Origin: an uncultured Arcanobacterium sp.
Lineage (GTDB): Bacteria; Actinomycetota; Actinomycetes; Actinomycetales; Actinomycetaceae
Direction: 5' to 3'
Assembly: GCA_958428545.1 (NCBI GenBank)
Contig: CAUAGM010000001.1
Span: forward strand, 158,428 to 222,427
DNA length: 64,000 nucleotides
In this document: positions 1-8,961 of the stretch, one piece after another
Layout: each line of letters begins with the position of its first letter
Position numbering within the stretch: position 1 is the stretch's first letter
Notes under the pieces: generated by a model
The model's input: only the letters and a program-made list of their open reading frames with translations
What the model was told of the DNA's origin: nothing
Database searches by the model: none
Program-made: the position numbers and the translations under genes

Positions 1-1
1 T

Positions 2-703
2 GCTGCTCCGAGCGCCGAAATTGCTGCGTGGTTCGCTCAAAGCGGTGCTCCTTATGCTCCTGAAGTGTGTGTGCGTACTGCTGCAGATCGTAAGGGAGGG
101 CATTTAGCTCGCCGTATTTCCGACGGGCGTGTGATTTTGCGTGATACTGCGCAGACGCCCGAGCATCAGATGGATTATTTCACTGATGAGCATCGCCATC
201 CCTTCTTCCATACAAATAATTTGTGGTTCAACTTGGAAGCGTTGAGTAAGCTCCTGCATGAGACGAATGGGCTCGTTGGGCTTCCGCTGATTCGTAACCG
301 CAAACACGTGGATCCTACAGATAAGACCTCGCCAGAGGTTTATCAGCTTGAATGTGCTATGGGTGCTATTGTGGCAAGTTTTGATGGCGCGCAGCCAGTG
401 CTCGTGCCGCGCAGCCGTTTCCTGCCTGTGAAGACTACAAACGATCTGCTCACCTTGCGTTCCGATGCTTATGAGGTGACGCCAGATGCACACCTTGAAC
501 TTGTGGTTCCGGCTGCTCCTGTAATCGATCTTGATAAAGAGTATTTTCAGTTCGTTGACGATTTTGATGAGCGTTTCCCGAGCATTCCTTCGCTCAAAGA
601 CGTCACTACTTTTACAGTGAAAGGCGATTGGCACTTTACTGAAGGCGTTGTGTTTAGCGGAGATGTGCGAATTGAGGGTCGTGGAGCAATTAATGCTCAA
701 TAA
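2..703 (+). CDS. UDPGP-family sugar-1-phosphate uridylyltransferase (eukaryotic-type UGPase / UDP-sugar or UDP-HexNAc pyrophosphorylase), 5'-partial, C-terminal ~230 aa
   Basis: The reading frame is open from the window edge to the TAA at 701-703. The C-terminal region shows UDPGP-family motifs (FFHTNNLWFNLEAL, LECAMGAIVASF, LTLRSDAYEV). The gene start lies upstream of the window. Confidence 0.6.
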   Translation, partial: AAPSAEIAAWFAQSGAPYAPEVCVRTAADRKGGHLARRISDGRVILRDTAQTPEHQMDYFTDEHRHPFFHTNNLWFNLEALSKLLHETNGLVGLPLIRNRKHVDPTDKTSPEVYQLECAMGAIVASFDGAQPVLVPRSRFLPVKTTNDLLTLRSDAYEVTPDAHLELVVPAAPVIDLDKEYFQFVDDFDERFPSIPSLKDVTTFTVKGDWHFTEGVVFSGDVRIEGRGAINAQ

Positions 704-871
704 ATCATTAAATTGATTATTTCAATGCGGTAACAATCATTATTTCAGAATGTTTTCACTATAAATTTAAGCTATTCTGAGATTTAACGTGATACAGCGT
801 ACAATTAAATACGGATCAAATCACAAGCACTTATTCGAAATACTCGATTTGGTTCACTCGAAGGAGAGAAA

Positions 872-2185
872 ATGGCAATTTCAAAGAAATTGGTGAAGGT
901 TGCGGCTGTGTGTTCAGTTGCTGCTCTCAGCCTCGCGGCTTGCTCTGGAGCTAAAGAGCCTGGCAAAGATGCAAAGGCTGATGGTCCAGTTACGATTGAA
1001 TACCTACATCGTTTGGATAATTCTGACACGGCTACCAAAGTGGCAGATATTGTCAAGAAGTGGAATGCGGAAAATCCAGACATTCAGGTGAAGGCAACTA
1101 AGTTTGACGGCAAAGCCCAAGAGCTTATTCAGAAAGTAAAGACTGATATTGAGGCAAAAAATGCTCCATGCCTCTATCAGGCTGGGTACGCAGACCTTGC
1201 TGAGCTGTATGTGAATGACATGGTTCAGGATGTCTCTAAGTACGCATCGCAGTACAAGTCAGACTTTGGTTCTGGTCCATTCGAGTCAATGGCTATTGAT
1301 GGTAAGTATTTCGGTATTCCTCAGGATACTGGTCCGCTCCTGTACTACTACAACAAGGCTGCATTTGAAGAGCTAGGTATCAACGTTCCAACCACTGCTG
1401 ATGAGTTCGTTGCTGCTGCAAAGAAGGCTGCTGCAGCTGGTAAGTATATTGCTGCATTCAACCCAGATGAAGGCGCGCAGCTCTACAGCTCAATGGTTGC
1501 AGCTTCTGGCGATCAGTGGTTTACGGTTGATGGTGATTCTTGGGTAGTGAATACTGCTGGAAAAGGATCCACCAAGGTTGCTGGCTTCTGGCAGACACTC
1601 CTTGATGATAAATCTGCTTTCGTAGTGAATCGCTGGACAGACACAGGCGATATGGAAAAGGCAATGGCTGATGGCACTCTTATCGGCGCATTTGGCGCTG
1701 CATGGGACGCAACTCTTCTTGCCAGCGGTCTTAACGGATCCGATTCTTATGGAAAGTGGGCAATTGCTCAGCTTCCAGACTTTGGCGCGGGCGCTGGTAA
1801 GACTGGTCCTAACGGTGGTTCTGGTGTAGTTGTTTCCAAGACTTGTGAGCATCCAGAGCAGGCTATGAAGTTCAACGCTTGGTTCAATACTCAGGTTGAT
1901 GATCTTGCTACGCAGGGTCTTGTTGTAGCTGCTTCCGCTGCTCCTTCTAACCCAGAGTATGCTGCAGCATTCGGCGGGCAAGATGTGATTAAGGAATTCA
2001 ACACTGCAAATGCAAACATGAATGCCTTCACTTTCCCACCAAGCTGGTCAGTGCCTCAGGGCTTCCTTTCTGGTAAAGATAATGCTGATGCTGGCGCAGG
2101 CACCTCGAAGGTTGCAGATGTGTTTGCTGGTGCAGCTGACTCTGCTAAGAAGGCACTCACAGACGCTGGTCTCACAGTTAAGTAA
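872..2185 (+). CDS. sugar ABC transporter substrate-binding lipoprotein (solute-binding protein family 1)
   Basis: Signal peptide with lipobox (LSLAACSG), length 437 aa, SD sequence GAAGGAGAG upstream, followed by two permease genes. Confidence 0.85.
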   Translation: MAISKKLVKVAAVCSVAALSLAACSGAKEPGKDAKADGPVTIEYLHRLDNSDTATKVADIVKKWNAENPDIQVKATKFDGKAQELIQKVKTDIEAKNAPCLYQAGYADLAELYVNDMVQDVSKYASQYKSDFGSGPFESMAIDGKYFGIPQDTGPLLYYYNKAAFEELGINVPTTADEFVAAAKKAAAAGKYIAAFNPDEGAQLYSSMVAASGDQWFTVDGDSWVVNTAGKGSTKVAGFWQTLLDDKSAFVVNRWTDTGDMEKAMADGTLIGAFGAAWDATLLASGLNGSDSYGKWAIAQLPDFGAGAGKTGPNGGSGVVVSKTCEHPEQAMKFNAWFNTQVDDLATQGLVVAASAAPSNPEYAAAFGGQDVIKEFNTANANMNAFTFPPSWSVPQGFLSGKDNADAGAGTSKVADVFAGAADSAKKALTDAGLTVK

Positions 2186-2194
2186 TCTGGCGTG

Positions 2195-2279
2195 TATAGC
2201 TCAGTTTTACTGAAGCTATACCTAACTCAATAGACAGTCGGGACGCCCACCACTCCTCGGCGGGAATGGTGGGCGTCCT
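2195..2279 (+). terminator. two consecutive intercistronic stem-loops downstream of the binding-protein gene (attenuating terminator or mRNA stabiliser)
   Basis: Hairpin 1 is tatagctcag..ctgaagctata at 2195-2220. Hairpin 2 has an 11-bp perfect stem, ggacgcccacc (2241-2251) pairing with ggtgggcgtcc (2268-2278). There is no clear U-tract. Confidence 0.4.
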
Positions 2280-2355
2280 CGTCTGAAAAACCCTTCTAGC
2301 GATTCCCGTGCAAGGATGCAGGGGTAGATGTGAAACAAGGTTAAGGAAGACCCTC

Positions 2356-3351
2356 ATGGCTAATCATTTAGACACGGCCCGCACAATTGAGCCGGCCAAG
2401 GGTGAGATGTATACGTTGCGCAAGAAGGCGTCACGGCGAGCAATTCACGAAGCGCGCACTGGCTGGATTTTTATGGCGCCTTTCACGTTGCTTTTCTTGC
2501 TTATTTTCATTATTCCGATTATCGTCTCGCTGGTAACGAGCTTTTTCCAGTTGAAAGCTACTGGCGGAGGTGCCTTTGGCGGCGGCGAGAAACATAATGT
2601 ATTTGTTGGTTTCGACAACTTTATATACGTTCTCACAAGTTCAGATTTTTGGGCAGGTATCGGGCGAGTAATTCTGTATACGGTGTTTCAAGTGCCAGTG
2701 ATGATTTTCGCAGCTCTTGCACTCGCACTGCTGATCGATTCATATTTAGTTAAAAGAGTTGCAATATTCCGTTTAGGGTACTTCCTTCCCTATGCTGTCC
2801 CTGGTGTGGTTGCGGCAATTATTTGGATGTATATCTACACCCCTGGAGTATCGCCTTTCAATTCAATCGCAGGCTTATTCGGTGCAGAATTCCCAATCGA
2901 TTTCTTTGGGCACAAAATGGTGATTGTTTCGATGGCGAATATGACCACGTGGACCTTCACTGGATACAATATGCTGATTTTCCTTGCTGCACTGCAGGCA
3001 ATTCCTCACGACCTTTATGAGGCGGCTCGTCTTGACGGTGCAACAGGTTTCCAAATTGTTACGAAAATTAAAATCCCAATGGTTCGTGGAGCAGCTCTTT
3101 TGGCAATCTTACTTTCAATTGTCGGCACTATTCAGCTCTACAACGAACCGCAGGTATTATCGAGTGCGAATGCATGGATGGAATACAACTACACGCCAAT
3201 GATGATGGCATTATCAACGGCGAAAGGGCAGATAACTCCAGGTGGCGATGGTCCAGCGTCTGCAATTGCTATTGTGATGGCATTGATTGCAGGAGTGCTC
3301 GCTGTGCTCTACTTCCTCGTTGATAAGAAGGTTGGTGGCTCGAATGAGTAA
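2356..3351 (+). CDS. sugar ABC transporter permease (MalF/UgpA-like, first membrane subunit)
   Basis: Polytopic membrane protein. The start was chosen at the ATG (MANHL) preceded by the SD sequence aaggaag. The listed ORF extends further upstream without a ribosome-binding site. Confidence 0.85.
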   Translation: MANHLDTARTIEPAKGEMYTLRKKASRRAIHEARTGWIFMAPFTLLFLLIFIIPIIVSLVTSFFQLKATGGGAFGGGEKHNVFVGFDNFIYVLTSSDFWAGIGRVILYTVFQVPVMIFAALALALLIDSYLVKRVAIFRLGYFLPYAVPGVVAAIIWMYIYTPGVSPFNSIAGLFGAEFPIDFFGHKMVIVSMANMTTWTFTGYNMLIFLAALQAIPHDLYEAARLDGATGFQIVTKIKIPMVRGAALLAILLSIVGTIQLYNEPQVLSSANAWMEYNYTPMMMALSTAKGQITPGGDGPASAIAIVMALIAGVLAVLYFLVDKKVGGSNE

Positions 3352-4288
3352 TAAAAAAGTTGCTATGACTCCTAGCGGCGTGGAATATACTCCATCCTTG
3401 GAAGGTTTTCCATCTCGTTCAATCCGCCCATCTCTCGTTGCGCGTATATGCACGATTATTGTGATGGCAATTGTGCTCATCTACTTTATTTTCCCAATTT
3501 TCTGGGTGATTATTTCCGCTACGAAAAACAACACTGAAATGGCGAATACGTTTGGCTTGTGGTTTGCTCCTCACAATGAGAAATCGCAGAGTTCGTCTGT
3601 GTGGGGGCAAGTTGTTGCTAACTATGAGTCACTCATGGGATGGACTCGCGGTATGCTATGGCGCTGGATTGGTAATTCAATCCTCTATTCCACTGTTGCT
3701 GCAGCTATAGGTACTCTGGTATCTACGATGGCTGGCTATGCGATGGCAAAGTTCCGTTTCCCCGGAAAGAATTTTACTATCGGCACAATCATGGCTGGTC
3801 TGCTTATGCCGGTTGCTATTTTGACCGTTCCTATGTACGTGGTATTTATCCATCTGGGGCTCAATAATACGATGGCATCGATTATTATTCCGTGCTGCGT
3901 CTCTCCCTTTGGCGTGTTCCTTGGGCGAGTTTATGCGCAGTCTTCAGTGCCTACAGAATTGATTGAGGCAGCTCGTATTGACGGCGCTGGCGAATTTCGT
4001 ATTTTCTTTACGATGGTGCTCAGGCTGCTTGCTCCAGCAATGGTGACGATTTTCCTCTTTATCTTTGTAGCAACGTGGAATAACTTCATTTTGCCTCAGA
4101 TGATGATTTCTTCGGATCACCTCAAACCAATTACTCTTGGTTTGTACGGCATGCTGAGCTACTTCCGCCCGGAATTTGGTCCAATTATGATGGCGTCACT
4201 TCTTGGTGTGATTCCGTTGATTGTTCTTTTCCTTGGTCTGCAAAAGTACTGGCAATCTGGTTTAGCGGCAGGTGCTGTCAAGGGCTGA
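3344..4288 (+). CDS. sugar ABC transporter permease (MalG/UgpE-like, second membrane subunit)
   Basis: Polytopic membrane protein. The ATG at 3344 (MSNKK) overlaps the previous stop by 8 bp. EAA-like loop (ELIEAARIDGAGEFRIFF). Confidence 0.85.
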   Translation: MSNKKVAMTPSGVEYTPSLEGFPSRSIRPSLVARICTIIVMAIVLIYFIFPIFWVIISATKNNTEMANTFGLWFAPHNEKSQSSSVWGQVVANYESLMGWTRGMLWRWIGNSILYSTVAAAIGTLVSTMAGYAMAKFRFPGKNFTIGTIMAGLLMPVAILTVPMYVVFIHLGLNNTMASIIIPCCVSPFGVFLGRVYAQSSVPTELIEAARIDGAGEFRIFFTMVLRLLAPAMVTIFLFIFVATWNNFILPQMMISSDHLKPITLGLYGMLSYFRPEFGPIMMASLLGVIPLIVLFLGLQKYWQSGLAAGAVKG

Positions 4289-4304
4289 GCTTGTTCTTTT
4301 ATGT

Positions 4305-4340
4305 GAGTGCCTAGCTGAGCTTCTGTTTGGCTAGGCACTC
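4305..4340 (+). terminator. perfect 11-bp stem hairpin between permease and GH20 genes
   Basis: gagtgcctagc (4305-4315) pairs with gctaggcactc (4330-4340) around a 14-nt loop, followed by gtatgttt. Confidence 0.35.
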
Positions 4341-4365
4341 GTATGTTTCCTATAGGTGATATTTA

Positions 4366-5517
4366 ATGAAACTCCCATTATTCTCTTCGTCGGCACCTCG
4401 CTATGCTGAGCGTGGCGTGACTCTCAGTGCTTCCACTGTGGCATACACAGATGATTGGATGCACACTCTGCTTGATCAAATGGCTATGATGCGCCTTAAT
4501 ACCCTTCTATGGGAAGTAAAAATTTCGGGTGCTCAAGGCTGGCCGCAGACAGATCAGCCATTTGTGACTCCTCAAGAAGCTCAATCGATTGTGCGCTACG
4601 CAGCCGATCGTGGAATTACTGTGATACCTGAAGTGAATGCACCTGGGCATATGCGTACGTGGTTGAGTGAATATCCTGAATATGCGATCACTGATGCTAC
4701 AGGAGAAAAAGATCTCGAGCGCCTCGACGTCACCAATGAGCAAGCTAAACGCTGGTATTGGAACCTGATCGAGAAGTACTGCAGTATTTTCACAGCTGAT
4801 GAATGGCATATGGGTGCAGATGAGTTTGAAAATAAACTCGATAATCGTACATATGCAGACTATCCTCATCTGGCGCATTGGGCAGTCGATACATATGGTT
4901 CACAAGCTAAGCCGTGGGATCCGATCACTGCTTTTATCAATGAAACTAATGCTTTCTTGAGTGGATGCGGTAAAAAACTCCGTATTTGGAACGATGGGCA
5001 GCGCTTGGGCGGGGTTGTGCCGCTCGATAGCGATATTACGGTGGAATACTGGCTGGATAAGGGGGTTGAAGGCGGCTACTATACTCCGCAGCAGTTTGCT
5101 CAGATGGGGCATTCGCTGGTGAATGTTCCACAGTATCTCTATTTTTCACGTTCAGAGAAGCATATCTACGATCCGCAACCTCAAGAAATTTTTGAAGGGG
5201 CGCGCAAGTATCTTGATCTTTTCGACGGCGATCAATTTCTCACGAATCTTCAGGCATGCCGAGGGGTTCGTTTCTCGCTATGGCCAGATAGAGCTGAATG
5301 CCAAACTCCAGCAGAAGTTTTGCGAGAAGCTCGCGATATTCTCATCTTGCTGGGGCAGATAGCATGGGATGGCGAAATTTTGCACACAACGTGGAAAGAA
5401 TTTAAATTCTATGCAGATTCCCTAGATCTGCCTCCTATCCCCAATGATGAGGGAGAGGTCTATACGGTGAATTCTTGTGAACAGCGCAAACAGAATCATG
5501 GAGATAAGGATGAGTAG
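4366..5517 (+). CDS. glycoside hydrolase family 20 β-N-acetylhexosaminidase-like protein (cytoplasmic, no signal peptide)
   Basis: GH20 catalytic-domain motifs: VIPEVNAPGHMRTW and HMGADEF (the D-E catalytic pair). Length 383 aa. Confidence 0.7.
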   Translation: MKLPLFSSSAPRYAERGVTLSASTVAYTDDWMHTLLDQMAMMRLNTLLWEVKISGAQGWPQTDQPFVTPQEAQSIVRYAADRGITVIPEVNAPGHMRTWLSEYPEYAITDATGEKDLERLDVTNEQAKRWYWNLIEKYCSIFTADEWHMGADEFENKLDNRTYADYPHLAHWAVDTYGSQAKPWDPITAFINETNAFLSGCGKKLRIWNDGQRLGGVVPLDSDITVEYWLDKGVEGGYYTPQQFAQMGHSLVNVPQYLYFSRSEKHIYDPQPQEIFEGARKYLDLFDGDQFLTNLQACRGVRFSLWPDRAECQTPAEVLREARDILILLGQIAWDGEILHTTWKEFKFYADSLDLPPIPNDEGEVYTVNSCEQRKQNHGDKDE

Positions 5518-6298
5518 GCAACAGCGTCTCGCAGCTCTTTTAGACTTGGTAGTTGAGCGCACTTCTCTCACAATTGATGAGCTTATTGCCGAACTTGGAG
5601 TATCTCCTGCCACGATACGGCGAGATGTGGATTATTTAGCCACTCAAAAACTGCTCACACGCACTCGTGGGGGAGTGATGCAAAACCCTACGAGCAGTGA
5701 AGCTCCAATGAGGTTTCGCACAGTTCGCAATAATAAACAAAAAATTGGGATCGCAAAAAAAGCTGCGGATCTCGTGCATCCTGGAGCCGTTATCGCATTA
5801 AATGGCGGCACCACGACCACTGCTATTAGTGCAGAATTGATTTCGAAAGTCACTAAAGATTTTTCGTTTTCTCATCGCCCTCTCACAGTCGTCACTAATG
5901 CTGTCAATATTGCCAATGATTTGATTGTGCATCCGCAAGTGCGGGTGGTGCTGACGGGCGGTGTGGCCCGCGCTCGTTCGTACGAGCTTGTGGGGCCTCT
6001 CGCTGCCTTGATTTTTTCACATATCAATGTTGATGCTGTGTTTTTAGGGGCTGTTGGGATCACTCCTGCAGGTGGTGTTTTTACCGATAACGAGAGTGAA
6101 GCTGAGGTCAATCGAGCCTTGGTGGCAGTTTCAGAGCGTGTATATGTGGTGATTGATTCGTCGAAAATCGGAGTGGCAGCATTTGCTCGTATATGTGGAT
6201 CAGATTCGATATATGGAGTTATCACCGATGAACATATCGATTCGGATATGCGAGCTGCCTTTGAAGAGCGGGGTATAAAAGTAATTATCGGAGCGTAG
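5510..6298 (+). CDS. DeoR-family transcriptional regulator
   Basis: N-terminal DeoR HTH (TIDELIAELGVSPATIRRDVDYLA) plus a C-terminal sugar-phosphate-binding domain. The start was chosen at the ATG at 5510 after ggagataagg, overlapping the GH20 stop. Confidence 0.8.
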   Translation: MSRQQRLAALLDLVVERTSLTIDELIAELGVSPATIRRDVDYLATQKLLTRTRGGVMQNPTSSEAPMRFRTVRNNKQKIGIAKKAADLVHPGAVIALNGGTTTTAISAELISKVTKDFSFSHRPLTVVTNAVNIANDLIVHPQVRVVLTGGVARARSYELVGPLAALIFSHINVDAVFLGAVGITPAGGVFTDNESEAEVNRALVAVSERVYVVIDSSKIGVAAFARICGSDSIYGVITDEHIDSDMRAAFEERGIKVIIGA

Positions 6299-6415
6299 GC
6301 GTGTTAGTTTCATCGCTTGTTCTACATCGAGCGTATCAGTGATTAGAATAGCCACAGGCGCATACATATATGCAGGGTATGTGCACTTATCTTTTTCGCA
6401 ACACGGGAGAATGCA

Positions 6416-7342
6416 GTGAGTAAACCTGTTTTAGTAATTATGGCCGCAGGTATGGGTTCGCGCTACGGCGGGCTTAAGCAGATCGACCCTATTGATGATG
6501 CTGGGCACATTATTATGGATTTTTCTCTTTACGATGCTCGCAAGGCTGGTTTCGAGAAAGCGATTTTTATTATTAAGAGAGAAAACGAGGCGGTATTTCG
6601 CGAAGCAATCGGCGATCGCGTCTCGCAGTATATGGATGTTTCGTATGCGTTCCAAGATATTTCTGCTCTTCCTGAGGGGTATTCGTTGCCGGAAGGGCGA
6701 GTGAAGCCTTGGGGTACAGCTCACGCAATTTTGTGTGCGCTAGACCAGATCTCAGGTCCATTTGCTGTGATTAACGCAGACGATTACTACGGGCGCGAGG
6801 CCTTTTCCCTCATATATAATTTCCTTTCTGCTGCGCATGACGATGATGCGTATCGTTTCGCTATGGTTGGATATCTTTTGAAAAATACGGTGACGGATAA
6901 TGGATACGTGGCTCGCGGAGTGTGCGTGACCGACAGTGAAAATTTCCTCACGTCGATAGTGGAACGTACGCGTATCGAAAAGCGTGACGGCGGCATCGCA
7001 TTTTCTGAAGATGACGGAAATACGTGGGAGCAGCTTTCTTCCGATGCGATTGTTTCGATGAATCTTTGGGGCTTCAGTAATTCTATGCTGCAGGAAATCA
7101 AAGCCGGCTTCCCTGCTTTTCTAGATAAAACGCTTGAATCCAATCCGCTTAAGGGAGAGTATTTCTTGCCGAGCGTCGTCTCTGAGCTTATTCAAGGAAA
7201 GAAAGCCACAGTCAAGGTGCTCACTACCCCAGATAAGTGGTTTGGCGTCACGTATAAAGAAGATAAGCCTGTGGTTGCTGAAGCGATGAGAAAGATGAAA
7301 GAAAATGGCGTGTATCCAGAGAATTTATGGGGTGTGCGATGA
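6416..7342 (+). CDS. sugar-1-phosphate nucleotidyltransferase (NTP_transferase fold; candidate HexNAc-1-P uridylyltransferase)
   Basis: N-terminal LVIMAAGMGSRYGG nucleotide-binding loop and KPWGTAHAI motif. GTG start with SD sequence gggaga. 308 aa. Confidence 0.65.
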   Translation: MSKPVLVIMAAGMGSRYGGLKQIDPIDDAGHIIMDFSLYDARKAGFEKAIFIIKRENEAVFREAIGDRVSQYMDVSYAFQDISALPEGYSLPEGRVKPWGTAHAILCALDQISGPFAVINADDYYGREAFSLIYNFLSAAHDDDAYRFAMVGYLLKNTVTDNGYVARGVCVTDSENFLTSIVERTRIEKRDGGIAFSEDDGNTWEQLSSDAIVSMNLWGFSNSMLQEIKAGFPAFLDKTLESNPLKGEYFLPSVVSELIQGKKATVKVLTTPDKWFGVTYKEDKPVVAEAMRKMKENGVYPENLWGVR

Positions 7343-8442
7343 AAGAAGTTTCTGAGAAAAGTTGCTGCGAGGCTGTTGCTGCTTTTGCCTATGCGGGCAA
7401 CGTGGAGAAAGTGATGCCCTATGGTTCGGGGCATATTAATGATACGTTTCTTATTTGCCAAGCTGGAGAGCCGCAAAAAATTATTTTGCAGCGCATCAAT
7501 ACAGATATTTTCATGCGTCCAGATCAAGTGGTGCAAAACATCGAGAAAGTGACGAATTATTTGCGAGATGTGCTCACTGCTGAAGGCAAAGATCCACAGC
7601 GTGGCACTTTGCGTCTGCTTCCTACTCGTGAGGGTGGATACAGCTTTGTAGACTCGGAAGGGCACTGGTGGCGAGCGTATCTCTTTATTGATGATGCCAC
7701 GTCGTTTGATATTGTGAAGAACCCTCAGGATTTCTACAATTCAGCGCTCGCGTTTGGGCATTTTCAAAACCAGCTTGCTGATTTTCCTGTGGATTCTCTC
7801 TACGAGACTATTCCTGCTTTTCACGATACTCGCAAACGTTTCGCTGATTTTAAGAGAGCTGTTGAGAAAGATATCTGTGGGCGAGCTTCTGGAGTGCAGC
7901 AAGAAATCCAGTTTGTGTTGGATAGGGAAGCAGATGCCAACTATTTTGCAGATCTGCTTGATACCCATGCATTTCCTATGCGAGTGACTCACAATGATAC
8001 GAAACTTAATAATATTTTGATTGATAATGCTTCTGGTGAGGCAATATGCGTGATTGATCTCGATACTGTGATGCCAGGTTTGGCTGTGAATGATTATGGT
8101 GATTCGATTCGTTTCGGTGCTTCCACCGCTCTTGAAGATGAGCCAGATCTCAGCAAAGTTTCGTGTGATATGGATCTTTTCGATATATACACAAAGGGCT
8201 TTATCGAGGGGTGTGCCGGATCTCTTACTGATATCGAGTTGGATAATCTGCCGATGGGTGCAAAGGTGATGACTTTTGAGTGCGGTATGCGTTTTCTCGC
8301 AGATTATCTTGAGGGTGACGTCTATTTCAAGATTCATCGTGATCGGCATAATCTCGATCGTGCGCGCACTCAGTTCAAACTGGTGGCGGATATGGAAGAT
8401 AAGTGGCAGACGATGCACGATATTGTGGCGAAATATCGCTGA
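7339..8442 (+). CDS. nahK: N-acetylhexosamine 1-kinase-like anomeric sugar kinase (APH/aminoglycoside phosphotransferase fold, NahK/AmgK family)
   Basis: Motifs YGSGHINDTF, HNDTKLNNILID and IDLDTV (APH catalytic and Mg-binding loops) resemble bifidobacterial NahK. The start ATG and the upstream stop overlap in an ATGA. Confidence 0.75.
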   Translation: MKEVSEKSCCEAVAAFAYAGNVEKVMPYGSGHINDTFLICQAGEPQKIILQRINTDIFMRPDQVVQNIEKVTNYLRDVLTAEGKDPQRGTLRLLPTREGGYSFVDSEGHWWRAYLFIDDATSFDIVKNPQDFYNSALAFGHFQNQLADFPVDSLYETIPAFHDTRKRFADFKRAVEKDICGRASGVQQEIQFVLDREADANYFADLLDTHAFPMRVTHNDTKLNNILIDNASGEAICVIDLDTVMPGLAVNDYGDSIRFGASTALEDEPDLSKVSCDMDLFDIYTKGFIEGCAGSLTDIELDNLPMGAKVMTFECGMRFLADYLEGDVYFKIHRDRHNLDRARTQFKLVADMEDKWQTMHDIVAKYR

Positions 8443-8961
8443 TTTTCAGCGCTAAGCTTTTTGGCTGTGTATTAAATTTTCTGTTTGCGTGCTGTTGGTG
8501 CGGTTGTGCGTGCTGTGTGTGGTGTGCCTGAGCGCGCCTGAGCGTGCTTGAGCATATGTGGCATATGCAGGTGCATCGTTAGTGCGCGCAGGGCGTAAGA
8601 CGACTGGCAGTGTATGTGCGAAGCTGTGGCTTATGTTGTGCAGTGTGCATTGGTAGCAAGAGCCGCTTGTGCGGTGCATTTTCCGTACTCTTTTATTGAT
8701 CTTTCCTATGGGCTGAGAAGCGCCCAAGTTTTACGTATAAGTTACATTTCCATAACATTTTGGAAACGATTCCATATTTTTCGTACATTTATCCAAGGCA
8801 GCTGTTATGCTCTTTTTTATGGTTGGAAATGCCACTAAATAATCATAAAAGATGCGCAGTTGCGAGTGAGTGCAGCGCGTGTGTCTGTGATTCATGTGTA
8901 TATTTCCAATTCGGTATGAGCAAAACAGCTCGTTGCTGAAACAATGTCCAAAGGAGGGCAC

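Noticed and set aside
1490-1981. 163-aa minus-strand ORF inside the binding-protein gene
   Set aside because: Antisense shadow ORF of the binding-protein gene
2308-3351. Longer upstream starts of the permease ORFs (2308, 3287, 10382, 36944, 31268, 32877)
   Set aside because: The upstream extensions lack ribosome-binding sites or overlap the preceding gene. Internal ATGs with good SD sequences and family-typical N-termini were chosen instead.
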